This document shows positions 30,651-40,834 of a stretch of DNA of 53,021 nt, piece by piece. A model generated the notes under the pieces. The model saw only the letters and a program-made list of their open reading frames with translations. It searched no databases and was not told where the DNA came from. The DNA is taken from positions 1 to 53,021 of the forward strand of contig JBJEED010000031.1 in assembly GCA_051872765.1 (NCBI GenBank), written 5' to 3'. Made by a program: the position numbers and the translations under genes. The stretch comes from Bacilli bacterium (GTDB lineage: Bacteria; Bacillota_I; Bacilli_A; RF39; UBA660). Position 1 is the first letter of the stretch, and every line of letters starts with the position of its first letter.

Positions 30651-33269
30651 TTACTTATTATTGATTGCGGCTTGTGCAGCAGCTAATCTTGCGATTGGTA
30701 CTCTATATGGACTACATGATACATATGTTAATCCTACTTTATGACAAAATTCAATAGAAGATGGATCTCCTCCATGCTCACCACAAATACCAAGTTTAAT
30801 ATCTGGTCTTACACTCTTACCTTTTTCAACAGCCATTTCGATTAATTGTCCAACACCAACTTGATCAACTCTAGCAAATGGATCACTTTCAAATATTTGT
30901 TTTGAATAATAATCATTTAAGAATTTACCTGCATCATCTCTACTAAATCCATAAGTCATTTGAGTTAAATCATTAGTACCAAAACTAAAGAATTCAGCTT
31001 CTTCTGCAATCTTATCAGCAGTTAAAGCAGCTCTTGGTATTTCAATCATAGTACCTATTTTATAATCTAATTTATAATTTTGTTCTTCAAATACTTTATT
31101 AATTGTATCTACAACTATTTGTTTTACATATGCAAGTTCTTTAACATCTCCAATTAAAGGAATCATAATCTCTGGTTCAACCTTAAGGCCTGTTTTATCT
31201 ACATTAATAGCAGCCTCAATTACAGCTCTAGTTTGCATTTGTGCGATTTCAGGATAAGTAACTGCTAATCTACAACCTCTGTGTCCCATCATAGGATTAA
31301 ATTCGTGTAATGTAGCAATTTTATCCTTTAATTCTTCAAAAGTCATACCTAGTTCTTCTGCTAATGGTTTAATCTCTTCATCAGTATGAGGTACAAATTC
31401 ATGTAGAGGTGGATCTAAGAAACGAATTGTTACTGGATAACCTTTCATTTCTTTATATAATTGCTCAAAATCACCTCTTTGCATTGGTAATAATTTAGCT
31501 AGTGCCTTTTGTCTTTGTTCTGCTGTTTCAGATACTATCATTTGACGAATAGCAAATATTCTTTCTGTTTCAAAAAACATATGTTCAGTTCTACAAAGCC
31601 CTATTCCTTCAGCACCAAACTTAAGTGCTTGAGCAGCATCTTTTGGTGTATCTGCATTTGTTCTAACTTTTAATACTCTAACTTCATCAGCCCAACCCAT
31701 TAATGTTTCAAAATCCCCACTAATTTCTGGTTCAACTGTTGCAACTTTTTCGCCATAAACACATCCTGTAGAACCATCAAGAGAAATATAATCTCCTTCT
31801 TTAAATACTCTACCATCTTTAGTAGTTATTGTTTTATTTTCCTCACTTATCGTTAGTTCACCACATCCAGAAACACAACATCTACCCATACCACGAGCAA
31901 CAACAGCAGCATGTGATGTCATACCACCACGAATAGTAAGAACACCTTTTGCAAGATTCATACCTTCAATATCTTCTGGTGATGTTTCAAGTCTAACTAA
32001 AATAGTTTCTTCTCCTCTATTTGCAGCTTCTGTTACATCTTCTGCTGTAAAATAGATTTTTCCACATCCAGCACCTGGTGATGCTGCAAGCCCTGTTGCA
32101 ATTGGAGTCGCTTTTTTTAAACTTTCAAGATCAAATGTTGGATGCAATAATTGATCTAATTGTTTAGGTTCAACTTTTAATAATGCTTCTTCCTTAGTAA
32201 TCATACCTTCGTTATATAAATCTACAGCAATCTTTAATGCAGCAGCAGCTGTTCTTTTTCCATTACGAGTTTGAAGCATAAATAATTTACCATTTTCAAT
32301 AGTAAATTCCATATCTTGCATATCTTTATAATGTTTTTCTAAGATTTCACAAGTTTTTACAAATTCAGCATATGCATCAGGCATAGTTTCTGCTAAAGTA
32401 TCAATTGTTTTTGGAGTACGAACACCAGCAACAACATCTTCTCCTTGAGCATTCATTAAGTATTCTCCATAAAGTTTCTTTTCTCCAGTAGCTGGATTTC
32501 TTGTAAATGCTACACCAGTACCACAGTCATCTCCTTTATTTCCATATACCATTTCTTGTACATTAACAGCAGTTCCCCAACTAGATGGAATATCATTCAT
32601 TCTTCTATAATAAATAGCTCTATCATTATTCCAACTTCTAAATACAGCAGTAACTGCTTCAATTAATTGTTCTTTTGGATCTTGTGGGAATTCAACACCA
32701 GATTGTTCTTTATAGATTTCTTTAAATTTCATTGCTATTTCATACATATCATTTTCATCTAAATCAGTATCATATGAAACACCTTTTTCTTCTTTAAAGT
32801 TATCTAAAACTCTTTCAAATGAACTTTTTGAATATCCTTTAACAACATCTGCAAACATCATAATAAATCTACGATATGAATCATATGCAAATCTTTTATT
32901 ATTAGTAGCCTTAGCAAAGTTTTCACAAACTTCATCATTAAGTCCTAAATTAAGTACTGTATCCATCATACCTGGCATACTTGCTCTTGCACCACTACGA
33001 ACAGATACTAATAATGGATTATTAAGATCACCCATTTTCTTACCTGTAATCTTTTCTAATTCTGCTAATTTTTCATATATCTCATTTATGATATCTTCAC
33101 TGATCACTTTTCCAGCATCATAATATGCTGTACAAGCTTCAGTAGTTACAGTAAATCCTCTTGGAACAGGTAGTCCAATACTTGTCATTTCTGCAAGATT
33201 AGCTCCTTTACCACCAAGAAGATTTCTCATGTCTTTGTTTCCTTCACTAAACATGTAGACATATTTCAT
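30651..33269 (-). CDS. ppdK: Pyruvate, phosphate dikinase
   Basis: LLGGKGANLAEM, GGMTSHAAVVARG, GLCRTEHMF, FSFGTNDLTQ, GICGEHGG; start ATG 33269 after SD AGGAGG. Confidence 0.98.
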   Translation of the reverse strand: MKYVYMFSEGNKDMRNLLGGKGANLAEMTSIGLPVPRGFTVTTEACTAYYDAGKVISEDIINEIYEKLAELEKITGKKMGDLNNPLLVSVRSGARASMPGMMDTVLNLGLNDEVCENFAKATNNKRFAYDSYRRFIMMFADVVKGYSKSSFERVLDNFKEEKGVSYDTDLDENDMYEIAMKFKEIYKEQSGVEFPQDPKEQLIEAVTAVFRSWNNDRAIYYRRMNDIPSSWGTAVNVQEMVYGNKGDDCGTGVAFTRNPATGEKKLYGEYLMNAQGEDVVAGVRTPKTIDTLAETMPDAYAEFVKTCEILEKHYKDMQDMEFTIENGKLFMLQTRNGKRTAAAALKIAVDLYNEGMITKEEALLKVEPKQLDQLLHPTFDLESLKKATPIATGLAASPGAGCGKIYFTAEDVTEAANRGEETILVRLETSPEDIEGMNLAKGVLTIRGGMTSHAAVVARGMGRCCVSGCGELTISEENKTITTKDGRVFKEGDYISLDGSTGCVYGEKVATVEPEISGDFETLMGWADEVRVLKVRTNADTPKDAAQALKFGAEGIGLCRTEHMFFETERIFAIRQMIVSETAEQRQKALAKLLPMQRGDFEQLYKEMKGYPVTIRFLDPPLHEFVPHTDEEIKPLAEELGMTFEELKDKIATLHEFNPMMGHRGCRLAVTYPEIAQMQTRAVIEAAINVDKTGLKVEPEIMIPLIGDVKELAYVKQIVVDTINKVFEEQNYKLDYKIGTMIEIPRAALTADKIAEEAEFFSFGTNDLTQMTYGFSRDDAGKFLNDYYSKQIFESDPFARVDQVGVGQLIEMAVEKGKSVRPDIKLGICGEHGGDPSSIEFCHKVGLTYVSCSPYRVPIARLAAAQAAINNK

Positions 33270-33412
33270 TTTATCATCCTCCTTAATCACTTTTACTATT
33301 ATATCATAGTAACTCTTTTTTACTAAAGTTTTTTTATTCTTTTTACATCTTTTTACTTAATATAAATAAAAAACATCACTTTCTTTATAAAATGATGTTT
33401 ATCATATTAATA

Positions 33413-34018
33413 TTATTTATTAAATTCAGAATTTTCTAATGTTATATTTAATACTTTTTCCAAATAACACTTTCCACATAGAGATTCATATTCTATTTCA
33501 TTTTCTCCATCAATTGCAACTTGCTCACCACTAGATGTAAATTTACCATTTACTATTCTACCATTAAATTTTGCTCTATGGCCACATCTACATATAGTCA
33601 CGAGTTCCTCTAATACATCTGCTAATTCAAATAATCTTAAACTTCCAGGAAAAGACATAGTCTTAAAATCACTTCTAAGTCCATAACATATTACTGGTAT
33701 ATGTTTTAATTTAGCAAATATAAATAATTCATCTATTTGATCTCTTGTTAAAAACTGTGATTCATCAACAAGAACGCAAACTATATTTTCATCAAGAGTG
33801 TTTAAATATTCAGTAAGTCTTTCATCTTTCTCAACTAAATGATCAACTTCTCTTTCTAAACCTATTCTAGTAACAATTTTATTATCACCTTTAGTATCAA
33901 TACTAGGTTTTAAAATAGCCACTCTCATTCCTCTTTCTTCATAATTATGTGCTACTTGCAATAAAAGTGTTGTCTTACCAGAATTCATCGCACCATATCT
34001 AAAATATAATTTACTCAT
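33413..34018 (-). CDS. tdk: Thymidine kinase
   Basis: GAMNSGKT, VDESQF, YGLRSDF, C-terminal Zn-binding Cys pairs. Confidence 0.96.
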   Translation of the reverse strand: MSKLYFRYGAMNSGKTTLLLQVAHNYEERGMRVAILKPSIDTKGDNKIVTRIGLEREVDHLVEKDERLTEYLNTLDENIVCVLVDESQFLTRDQIDELFIFAKLKHIPVICYGLRSDFKTMSFPGSLRLFELADVLEELVTICRCGHRAKFNGRIVNGKFTSSGEQVAIDGENEIEYESLCGKCYLEKVLNITLENSEFNK

Positions 34019-34904
34019 CTCTATCCCTCCTTGGAAAGCAATTATAATAAACTTCTTTTAATCTTTCATTAGTGACATGTGTATATATTTCAGTCGCTTT
34101 TAATGAAGAGTGTCCAAGTAATTCCTGAACTACTTTTATATCGCAACCATTATTTAACATATCCGTTGCAAATGTATGCCTTAAAACATGAGGTGTTACA
34201 TGTGTTTTAATAGATAACCTATCCATTATTTTATCAATAATATATCTGACACCTCTTACCGTTATTTTACCACCCTTATTATTAATAAATAAATAGTTTT
34301 CACTATTTTTTTTATGAGTTTCTAAATATTTCTTTAATATTTCTTCTGCATAATCTCCATAATATACAATTCTTTCTTTATTACCTTTTCCACATACAAC
34401 TATTCTTTTATTATTAAAATCTATATCATTTATTTTTATATTTACTAGTTCACTAATTCTAACTCCTGTAGCATAAAGCATCTCTATTATTAACCTATCT
34501 CTTATACCATCTTTTCCATTAGATGATTCATTTATTATTTCAAGTAAATCATTATAATATACAAACTTAGGTAGTTTTTTTTCTACTTTAGGATAAGAAA
34601 TTTTACTTAAAGGATAGTCTTTCTTATCCATATATCCGTTATTATATAAATATTTATAAAATGATTTAAAAGTACTTATCCTTCTTCTAATAGATGTTGA
34701 ACTCTCTTTTTTCAAATTTAAAAATTCTAAATAATCTTTTATATCTTCATAATTAACTTTATCTAAATCTTTCTTTAAAAAAATATATAAACTATATAAA
34801 TCATTTATATAGGATATTAAAGTATTATCTGAATAATTTTTAGATATTATATAATTTTTAAATTCTTTAATTAAAGTCATTTTTTCAAAATCATTCTTTT
34901 CCAT
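34011..34904 (-). CDS. xerC: XerC/XerD-type tyrosine recombinase
   Basis: YATGVRISEL, GKGNKER, HVLRHTFAT, QELLGH, IYTHV; overlaps tdk. Confidence 0.8.
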   Translation of the reverse strand: MEKNDFEKMTLIKEFKNYIISKNYSDNTLISYINDLYSLYIFLKKDLDKVNYEDIKDYLEFLNLKKESSTSIRRRISTFKSFYKYLYNNGYMDKKDYPLSKISYPKVEKKLPKFVYYNDLLEIINESSNGKDGIRDRLIIEMLYATGVRISELVNIKINDIDFNNKRIVVCGKGNKERIVYYGDYAEEILKKYLETHKKNSENYLFINNKGGKITVRGVRYIIDKIMDRLSIKTHVTPHVLRHTFATDMLNNGCDIKVVQELLGHSSLKATEIYTHVTNERLKEVYYNCFPRRDRDE

Positions 34905-34937
34905 AATTAAATTATAATATATTTTTTTAAAATATGA

Positions 34938-34959
34938 AAGACACTAATAAAAGTGTCTT
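34938..34959. terminator. Hairpin upstream of xerC (probable terminator)
   Basis: AAGACACT-AATAAA-AGTGTCTT. Confidence 0.55.
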
Positions 34960-35205
34960 ATTTATATAAACACACATGTGTGTGATTCAAAAAGTAGTAT
35001 TTGATGGAAATATGTATTTATGTATTATCAATTTCAATATATTCTTAAAAAACGATTTTAGAAGAATGATTATTTAGAAATCATTATATACGACAGATTT
35101 TAATTATTAGAAATAGTTTTTACTATTTCTAATATATATTATTAAATATTTTAATAATTGTTTATTTGTTTCATCACTATTTTTAAAATTATTAATTAAA
35201 TTAAT

Positions 35206-35700
35206 TTATTTTTCCCAACAGCGTAATCTATATCTTTTTGAAAAAGTATATCCTCTTTTTTCATTTTCCTCAATACTAGTTTTTTGAGGAATACCAAAAT
35301 ACCCAATTTTATGATACATTTCACCATCAGAATTTACTCTTGTAAAATGAAATTCACTTTCTTTTAAGAATAATAAAACATCCCAAGATTTACACCAATA
35401 ATTTCCTAATGTTCTATTATTTTGTCTTTCATCTGTTTCAGTTATTTTATATCCTAATTTTAAAACTTTAAAGTCTAAAATTATTCTATCCTCAATTTTG
35501 AGTTTAACAATTTCACTAACAGGTATATTTAATACATTAGCTGCAATTATACCAGGCTGAAATGCATTTTTACAAATATCATTTTCCGGAATATCGAGTC
35601 CCAAAGCAAAAGCATAACAATTAGTTTCAAAATCATTCTCCCAAAATTCTTCTCTTAAACTAATTAATTCTCTTATTTCCTTAATTGGCATATTTAACAT
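35206..35700 (-). CDS. Hypothetical protein with NCYAFA..QPG..H..HK motifs
   Basis: SD AGGAGG; TGATATAAT upstream. Confidence 0.75.
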   Translation of the reverse strand: MLNMPIKEIRELISLREEFWENDFETNCYAFALGLDIPENDICKNAFQPGIIAANVLNIPVSEIVKLKIEDRIILDFKVLKLGYKITETDERQNNRTLGNYWCKSWDVLLFLKESEFHFTRVNSDGEMYHKIGYFGIPQKTSIEENEKRGYTFSKRYRLRCWEK

Positions 35701-35731
35701 CGAGATTCCTCCTTTTTGCTATTTATTATAT

Positions 35732-35850
35732 CACATTAATTCATATTCTATTATAGCAATTCTATCATCTAAAAAATATTTTATTATTATTTATTTTATT
35801 CTTGCATATTAATATATCATATGATAATTATCTCCTATTTTAAATCTACC
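35732..35850 (-). pseudogene. Decayed remnant of the 3' end of a YhcG-like gene
   Basis: Translates IIKYFLDDRIAIIEYELM* versus VIEYCSDERIAVREYELV* of the 37842 gene; KIGDNY versus RIGNNY further upstream. Confidence 0.75.
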
Positions 35851-36084
35851 TTGATTTAATTTAATTCCAATACTTACATCTCATCTGTTGATAATCATTT
35901 AGTCTAGAAATAATATCAATATAAAAGTTTATTACTAAGTTTTTTAAAATTGCCATGCTAGCCAAAAACAATTGTATTCTGTTTATCAAATATCTTTTTA
36001 TATATTTGGTATTAAAGTTATTATCAATATCAAGAAATTATTATCTCTTGTAAGTATAAACTACTTGTTATTTAAATTAATAAA

Positions 36085-36567
36085 TCAAATGTTCATTTTA
36101 GGCAAGGAGTCAGCCCAATCATTTAAATTTTTAAATATTTCAGATAATTCATGATCTAATTCTATTAAATTTTTAAATTCGACAGTATCTCTATTTTTTA
36201 ATACCGAAATAAAACAAACCAAATGATTTTTCGATAATTTAAAACCTTTCGGTATATTTTTAAATTGATACTCATTTTCAAAAATTATAGATAAACATTG
36301 ATAATCAACTTTATCTATTGCTTTCAACAAATTATTTTTATCAGTATCATCAGTTATTATATTTACTTCTTTTAATTCTTCTATTAAATTTGAAATAATA
36401 AATAATTTAGAAAGTATTATTTCGACACAAGTTTCTACAAGATAACCCTTTTTTTGTAATTTTGAAATAACTTGATTTAAATTTTTTTCAATTCCTATAT
36501 AATCTTTTTCATTTAAAATATTATTTGTTTTTAAATCTATACAACTATGCGTACTAATCATAATCAA
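36085..36567 (-). CDS. Hypothetical protein (cargo)
   Basis: 160-aa ORF with SD GAGGAG and TGATATAAT upstream. Confidence 0.7.
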   Translation of the reverse strand: MIMISTHSCIDLKTNNILNEKDYIGIEKNLNQVISKLQKKGYLVETCVEIILSKLFIISNLIEELKEVNIITDDTDKNNLLKAIDKVDYQCLSIIFENEYQFKNIPKGFKLSKNHLVCFISVLKNRDTVEFKNLIELDHELSEIFKNLNDWADSLPKMNI

Positions 36568-36646
36568 TAACTCCTCTCACATTGATTATATCACTATTTA
36601 CAAAAATATGATTTTTTTAAAGGGCCAATGATTTATTTTTTCATGC

Positions 36647-37279
36647 TCACAGTGGGCATGTCTTAATTTTATATCCATTCTTATTTAATTTAATTTCTAT
36701 AGTTCCATCTAAATCCGTACGATAAATATTACTATCTTTTAGTATATCTAACACACTATCTTTAGGATGACCGTACCTATTATTTTTTCCAACACCAATT
36801 AAACAATATTTAGGATTAATACTATTTATAAATTTTTCACTTGATGATGTATTTGATCCATGATGTCCTACTTTTAATACATCTATATTTTGTAAATCAT
36901 ATTTTTCTATTATATCTTCTTCTACTTCTAATCCTGCATCTCCCATAAACAAGAACTTATGATTATCTAATTCAGTATAAATAACACTTGAATTATCATT
37001 TTCATTACCGTAATCTTCGTTATTTAAAAACTTTAATTTGTTATTATTAATATTTAGTTCTTTAATGCATGAATAATATGGTATTTTCTTTTTATCTAAT
37101 ACTTTGATAAGTTTTTGTTCAAGTTCATTAAATTCACCACAATTAAATATCACATTTTCAACTTTAAAATTATTTACCAAATTAATAGCCTCACCCATAT
37201 GATCATAATCTCCATGTGGTGATTGCCAATTAGTAAGTCGAATAAAATCCTTTATTTTTGAGAAAAAAGGAATCACCAT
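36647..37279 (-). pseudogene. Partial duplicate of the comEC 3' end (metallo-beta-lactamase domain)
   Basis: HGDYDHMGEA..KVGHHGS..NRYGHP nearly identical to ComEC; 5' portion of comEC absent. Confidence 0.9.
36786..37216. repeat. Direct repeat copy A (~430 bp; partner 38877-39307)
   Basis: Offset 2091 bp; two mismatches seen by eye. Confidence 0.95.
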
Positions 37280-37300
37280 TATAAGTAGATTCTTTATTAA

Positions 37301-37813
37301 TTATTTTTTTAATACTTTATTTTTATTTAGTAATGGTTGATATATATGAGAGATAAAATCATCTTGTAACGTTAAACCTGTATTTAAATTTTTACTATAT
37401 TTTCCATTTCCTGCTGGTGAAAAACATATACCATAAGTTTTATGTGGTCTATCCAACATTTCATCAAGTTTTTTTGTACACCAAATTTTAAAACCAAAAC
37501 TATTTCTTTCAATGTTCAAACAACTTACAGAAGCAATAGACCATTCATCATCCGGATTTTAATAACAATCACTATGCCAAATTAATTTATTACTATTTTT
37601 ATAATTTGGTAAAATCTCATCATTAAAATCATAATAATTATTCATAAAACTATCTAGCAAATGATATAACTCCATTTCTTCAGTAACATTAATTACAGCA
37701 TCAGAATAAAAATACCATATGCATTCATCAGAAGAATGATCTATATACATTATTTCATTATTTTTATCATCATAGAAATGTATAGTTTTATTGCTTATAA
37801 CTTTTTTCATCAT
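37301..37813 (-). pseudogene. Cargo gene split by one in-frame TAA (37559-37561)
   Basis: The 84-aa and 72-aa ORFs share a frame: ..SDCY*NPDDEWSIASVSCLNIER.. Confidence 0.85.
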
Positions 37814-37841
37814 GTCACCTCATTGATTTCTATTTATTATA

Positions 37842-38750
37842 TCATACTAACTCATATTCTCTAACTGCAATTCTTTCATCCGAACAATATTCTATTACAA
37901 ATTTATTATCTTGTTTACAAATAATTATTCCAATAGTTTTATCTTGATTAAACTTTCTTAAATTTTTATCTATGTAATTCATATAAATTTGTATTTGACC
38001 AATATGTTCTTTCTTAAGTTCAGTTACTTTTAATTCAACAACTACAAAGCAATTATATTCATAATTGAATAATAGTAAGTCTATATAATTATAATTATTT
38101 CCTATTCTTATTTTATATTCACTTCCAACAAAACAAAATGAATTACCAAGTTCATTCATAAAAGATTCAATATCTTCTAAAATTAATTTTTGTAAAATCT
38201 TCTCAGATACAATTTCATAATTACTACTATTTTTAATTATTATTGGATTTTTAACATATTCAATTATATTGGATTCTTGTTTATCAGTTAATTTATTTTT
38301 TGTCTCTTCTGGTAATCTTTCATATTCATTTAGTTTTATTTTTTCTCTTAATTGCCTTACAGATAGATTTTGAATAATTGATATATTTATATAATAATTA
38401 ATTTTATTAAAATCATCATTCCATATCAATTCACAATAATGGGAATATGACAATTTGTCCGACAGCGTCGGACATTTTGAGAAAACATCATAAAATCTTC
38501 TAAAATATCTTAATCTAGATTGAGTATAACCTTTTCCTAAATCACTTGTTAATTTTTTTGAATATTCTTTAATTATACCTTCACCATAACATTTTCCTGC
38601 TTCGCTTAACATTTTCCCAACATTATAATAAGTATTTAGATCACTTTTATTAATTGAATAATTTTTAATTTTTCTATTTATTTCATTATTTATTAATTCA
38701 TTCTTAATTTCATTATAATAATTCATTTTACTACTTTCTATGGTGGACAA
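37842..38750 (-). CDS. YhcG/DUF1016 family PD-(D/E)XK nuclease-like protein
   Basis: LSYSHY, NLSVRQL, ELGNSFCFVGSEY, IDLLLFN..VVVELK, GQIQIYMNY; start probably MNYYNE. Confidence 0.92.
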   Translation of the reverse strand: MSTIESSKMNYYNEIKNELINNEINRKIKNYSINKSDLNTYYNVGKMLSEAGKCYGEGIIKEYSKKLTSDLGKGYTQSRLRYFRRFYDVFSKCPTLSDKLSYSHYCELIWNDDFNKINYYINISIIQNLSVRQLREKIKLNEYERLPEETKNKLTDKQESNIIEYVKNPIIIKNSSNYEIVSEKILQKLILEDIESFMNELGNSFCFVGSEYKIRIGNNYNYIDLLLFNYEYNCFVVVELKVTELKKEHIGQIQIYMNYIDKNLRKFNQDKTIGIIICKQDNKFVIEYCSDERIAVREYELV

Positions 38751-40834
38751 TTATTTATTTGTAATTTATTATTCTTAATCTTAAACATAATACTTCCATC
38801 TTGATCTGTTCTATATATTTTGCTATTTTTTAAATTATCTAACACACTATCATTTGGATGACCATATCTATTATTCTTTCCAACACCAATTAAACAATAT
38901 TTAGGATTAATATTATTTATAAATTTTTCACTTGATGATGTATTTGATCCATGATGTCCTACTTTTAATACATCTATATTTTGTAAATCATATTTTTCTA
39001 TTATATCTTCTTCTACTTCTAATCCTGCATCTCCCATAAACAAGAACTTATGATTATCTAATTCAGTATAAATAACACTTGAATTATCATTTTCATTACC
39101 GTAATCTTCGTTATTTAAAAACTTTAATTTGTTATTATTAATATTTAGTTCTTTAATGCATGAATAATATGGTATTTTCTTTTTATCTAATACTTTGATA
39201 AGTTTTTGTTCAAGTTCATTAAATTCACCACAATTAAATATCACATTTTCAACTTTAAAATTATTTACCAAATTAATAGCCTCACCCATATGATCATAGT
39301 CTCCATGCGTTAATAATAAATAATTTATCTTTTTAAGACCAATACTTTTAAAAAAAGGAATCATGCTAGATGTCATCAAATTAAATTTATTATTTTGAAG
39401 AGCCCACTTTTCTTTATAGTAATCAATTTTACCACCTGTATCAATTAGAATACTTTTCTTATTTTTAGTAATTATAAGTATACTATCACCTTGATTAACA
39501 TCAATAAAATATATGTATGTATTATTATTAAAACCAGTTTTAATATATAAGTATACTATAAAAACTATAAATGGTAAGATAATTATTTTTTTATTCTTAA
39601 TGATTAAAATAAATAATGTATAATATATTATTATCTCTAATATATTCATTCTTGCAAAATATAAATATAGATTAAATATATTTGAACTAATTTTTGATAT
39701 ATTCTCCATAAAAGTTATAAGAATAGTTAATATTTCATTTAAAAAAGGAAAAATGATATTAAGAATAGCAAACGGAAATACTATATAGCTTACATAAGGA
39801 ATAAAAAATAAATTATTAAAAAAACATAATATATTTATTTCATAAGACATATTTATTATGAGCGGTATACTAGATAAAAAAGATATTAAACTTATAATTA
39901 ATATACTTTTTATTTTTCCTTTAATTTTATAATTTTCATTAAATAATATAATAAAAAATGTAATAGTGAAAGATAATATAAATCCTATATTAAATATATA
40001 ATTAGGATTTATAAATGTAATAATAATAAAAGTTAAATATAAAATATTCCTAGATTTAATATTTAAATAATATATTTCATTTATATTTATAAGTATAAAA
40101 AATATAGTTGCTCTTAAAATTGAAGGCGTAAAAGATGCAATAAAAGAAAAAATAATTAATAATACAGATGTTAAAAAAAGAGATATTTTTTTAGATATTT
40201 TAAATTTATTTAAAATAAATATTATAATAGATGATAACATAGAGACATGAAGTCCAGATAATGAAAATAAATGTGTAACACCATTAATTTTATAATTATT
40301 ATACAATTCATTATCTATATAATTTGTTCTACCAAGTATTAAAGCATATAAATAATCATTATTTTTTATATTAGAAATTCTTTTATAAATTAAATTTTTT
40401 AATTTAATAAAGATATTTCTATTTTTACTTTTTAATAATATAGTATTTATGTTAAGTATATATTTAATTTCTTTTCTTTCTAAATATTTTTTATAATTAA
40501 AAGTGTTAAAAATAGTATTATTACTTGGTATTTTAAGACTACCTTCAATTTCTAATTTATCGCCAATTTCATAATTAAACTCTTCTTTTTCTTTTTTATT
40601 ATTAAAATAATATGTTCCAACTAAATCTTCATAAAAATTTAGTGCTAATTTATCTCCATCTATTTTAATATCACTAATCGTTAAAATAAATTTATTTTCA
40701 TTAATATTATATTTACTTTTTAGTTCATAGTTATAAACATAAATAATTATATAAATGATATTTATTATTAATAAAAAATAATATAAGCAATCATATTGTA
40801 ATATTGTTCTTAATCTTTTCAAAAGTATTTTCAC
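38738..40834 (-). CDS. comEC: DNA uptake channel ComEC
   Basis: GVTHLFSLSGLHVS, PSILRA, DVNQGDS, IDTGG, THGDYDH, KVGHHGS, YGHP. Confidence 0.96.
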   Translation of the reverse strand: MKILLKRLRTILQYDCLYYFLLIINIIYIIIYVYNYELKSKYNINENKFILTISDIKIDGDKLALNFYEDLVGTYYFNNKKEKEEFNYEIGDKLEIEGSLKIPSNNTIFNTFNYKKYLERKEIKYILNINTILLKSKNRNIFIKLKNLIYKRISNIKNNDYLYALILGRTNYIDNELYNNYKINGVTHLFSLSGLHVSMLSSIIIFILNKFKISKKISLFLTSVLLIIFSFIASFTPSILRATIFFILININEIYYLNIKSRNILYLTFIIITFINPNYIFNIGFILSFTITFFIILFNENYKIKGKIKSILIISLISFLSSIPLIINMSYEINILCFFNNLFFIPYVSYIVFPFAILNIIFPFLNEILTILITFMENISKISSNIFNLYLYFARMNILEIIIYYTLFILIIKNKKIIILPFIVFIVYLYIKTGFNNNTYIYFIDVNQGDSILIITKNKKSILIDTGGKIDYYKEKWALQNNKFNLMTSSMIPFFKSIGLKKINYLLLTHGDYDHMGEAINLVNNFKVENVIFNCGEFNELEQKLIKVLDKKKIPYYSCIKELNINNNKLKFLNNEDYGNENDNSSVIYTELDNHKFLFMGDAGLEVEEDIIEKYDLQNIDVLKVGHHGSNTSSSEKFINNINPKYCLIGVGKNNRYGHPNDSVLDNLKNSKIYRTDQDGSIMFKIKNNKLQINNCPP
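38877..39307. repeat. Direct repeat copy B (within comEC; partner 36786-37216)
   Basis: Near-identical sequence. Confidence 0.95.

Noticed and set aside
35972-36154. 60-aa plus-strand ORF in the cargo region
   Set aside because: TTG start without SD, overlaps the 3' end of the 36085 gene, lies in decayed AT-rich sequence.
37217-37279. VIPFF start of the comEC copy as a functional standalone nuclease gene
   Set aside because: It lacks the upstream DVxQGD and IDTGG strands of the MBL fold and has no clear SD. The short IPFF match may be older homology or chance.
37559-37561. Stop-codon reassignment or readthrough
   Set aside because: TAA, TAG and TGA all end bona fide genes in this window; a single nonsense change is simpler.
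34011-39307. Classical integron, prophage or ICE inserted in comEC
   Set aside because: No repeated attC-like sites, phage or conjugation genes. The recombinase is outside the repeat-bounded segment and overlaps tdk like a resident gene.
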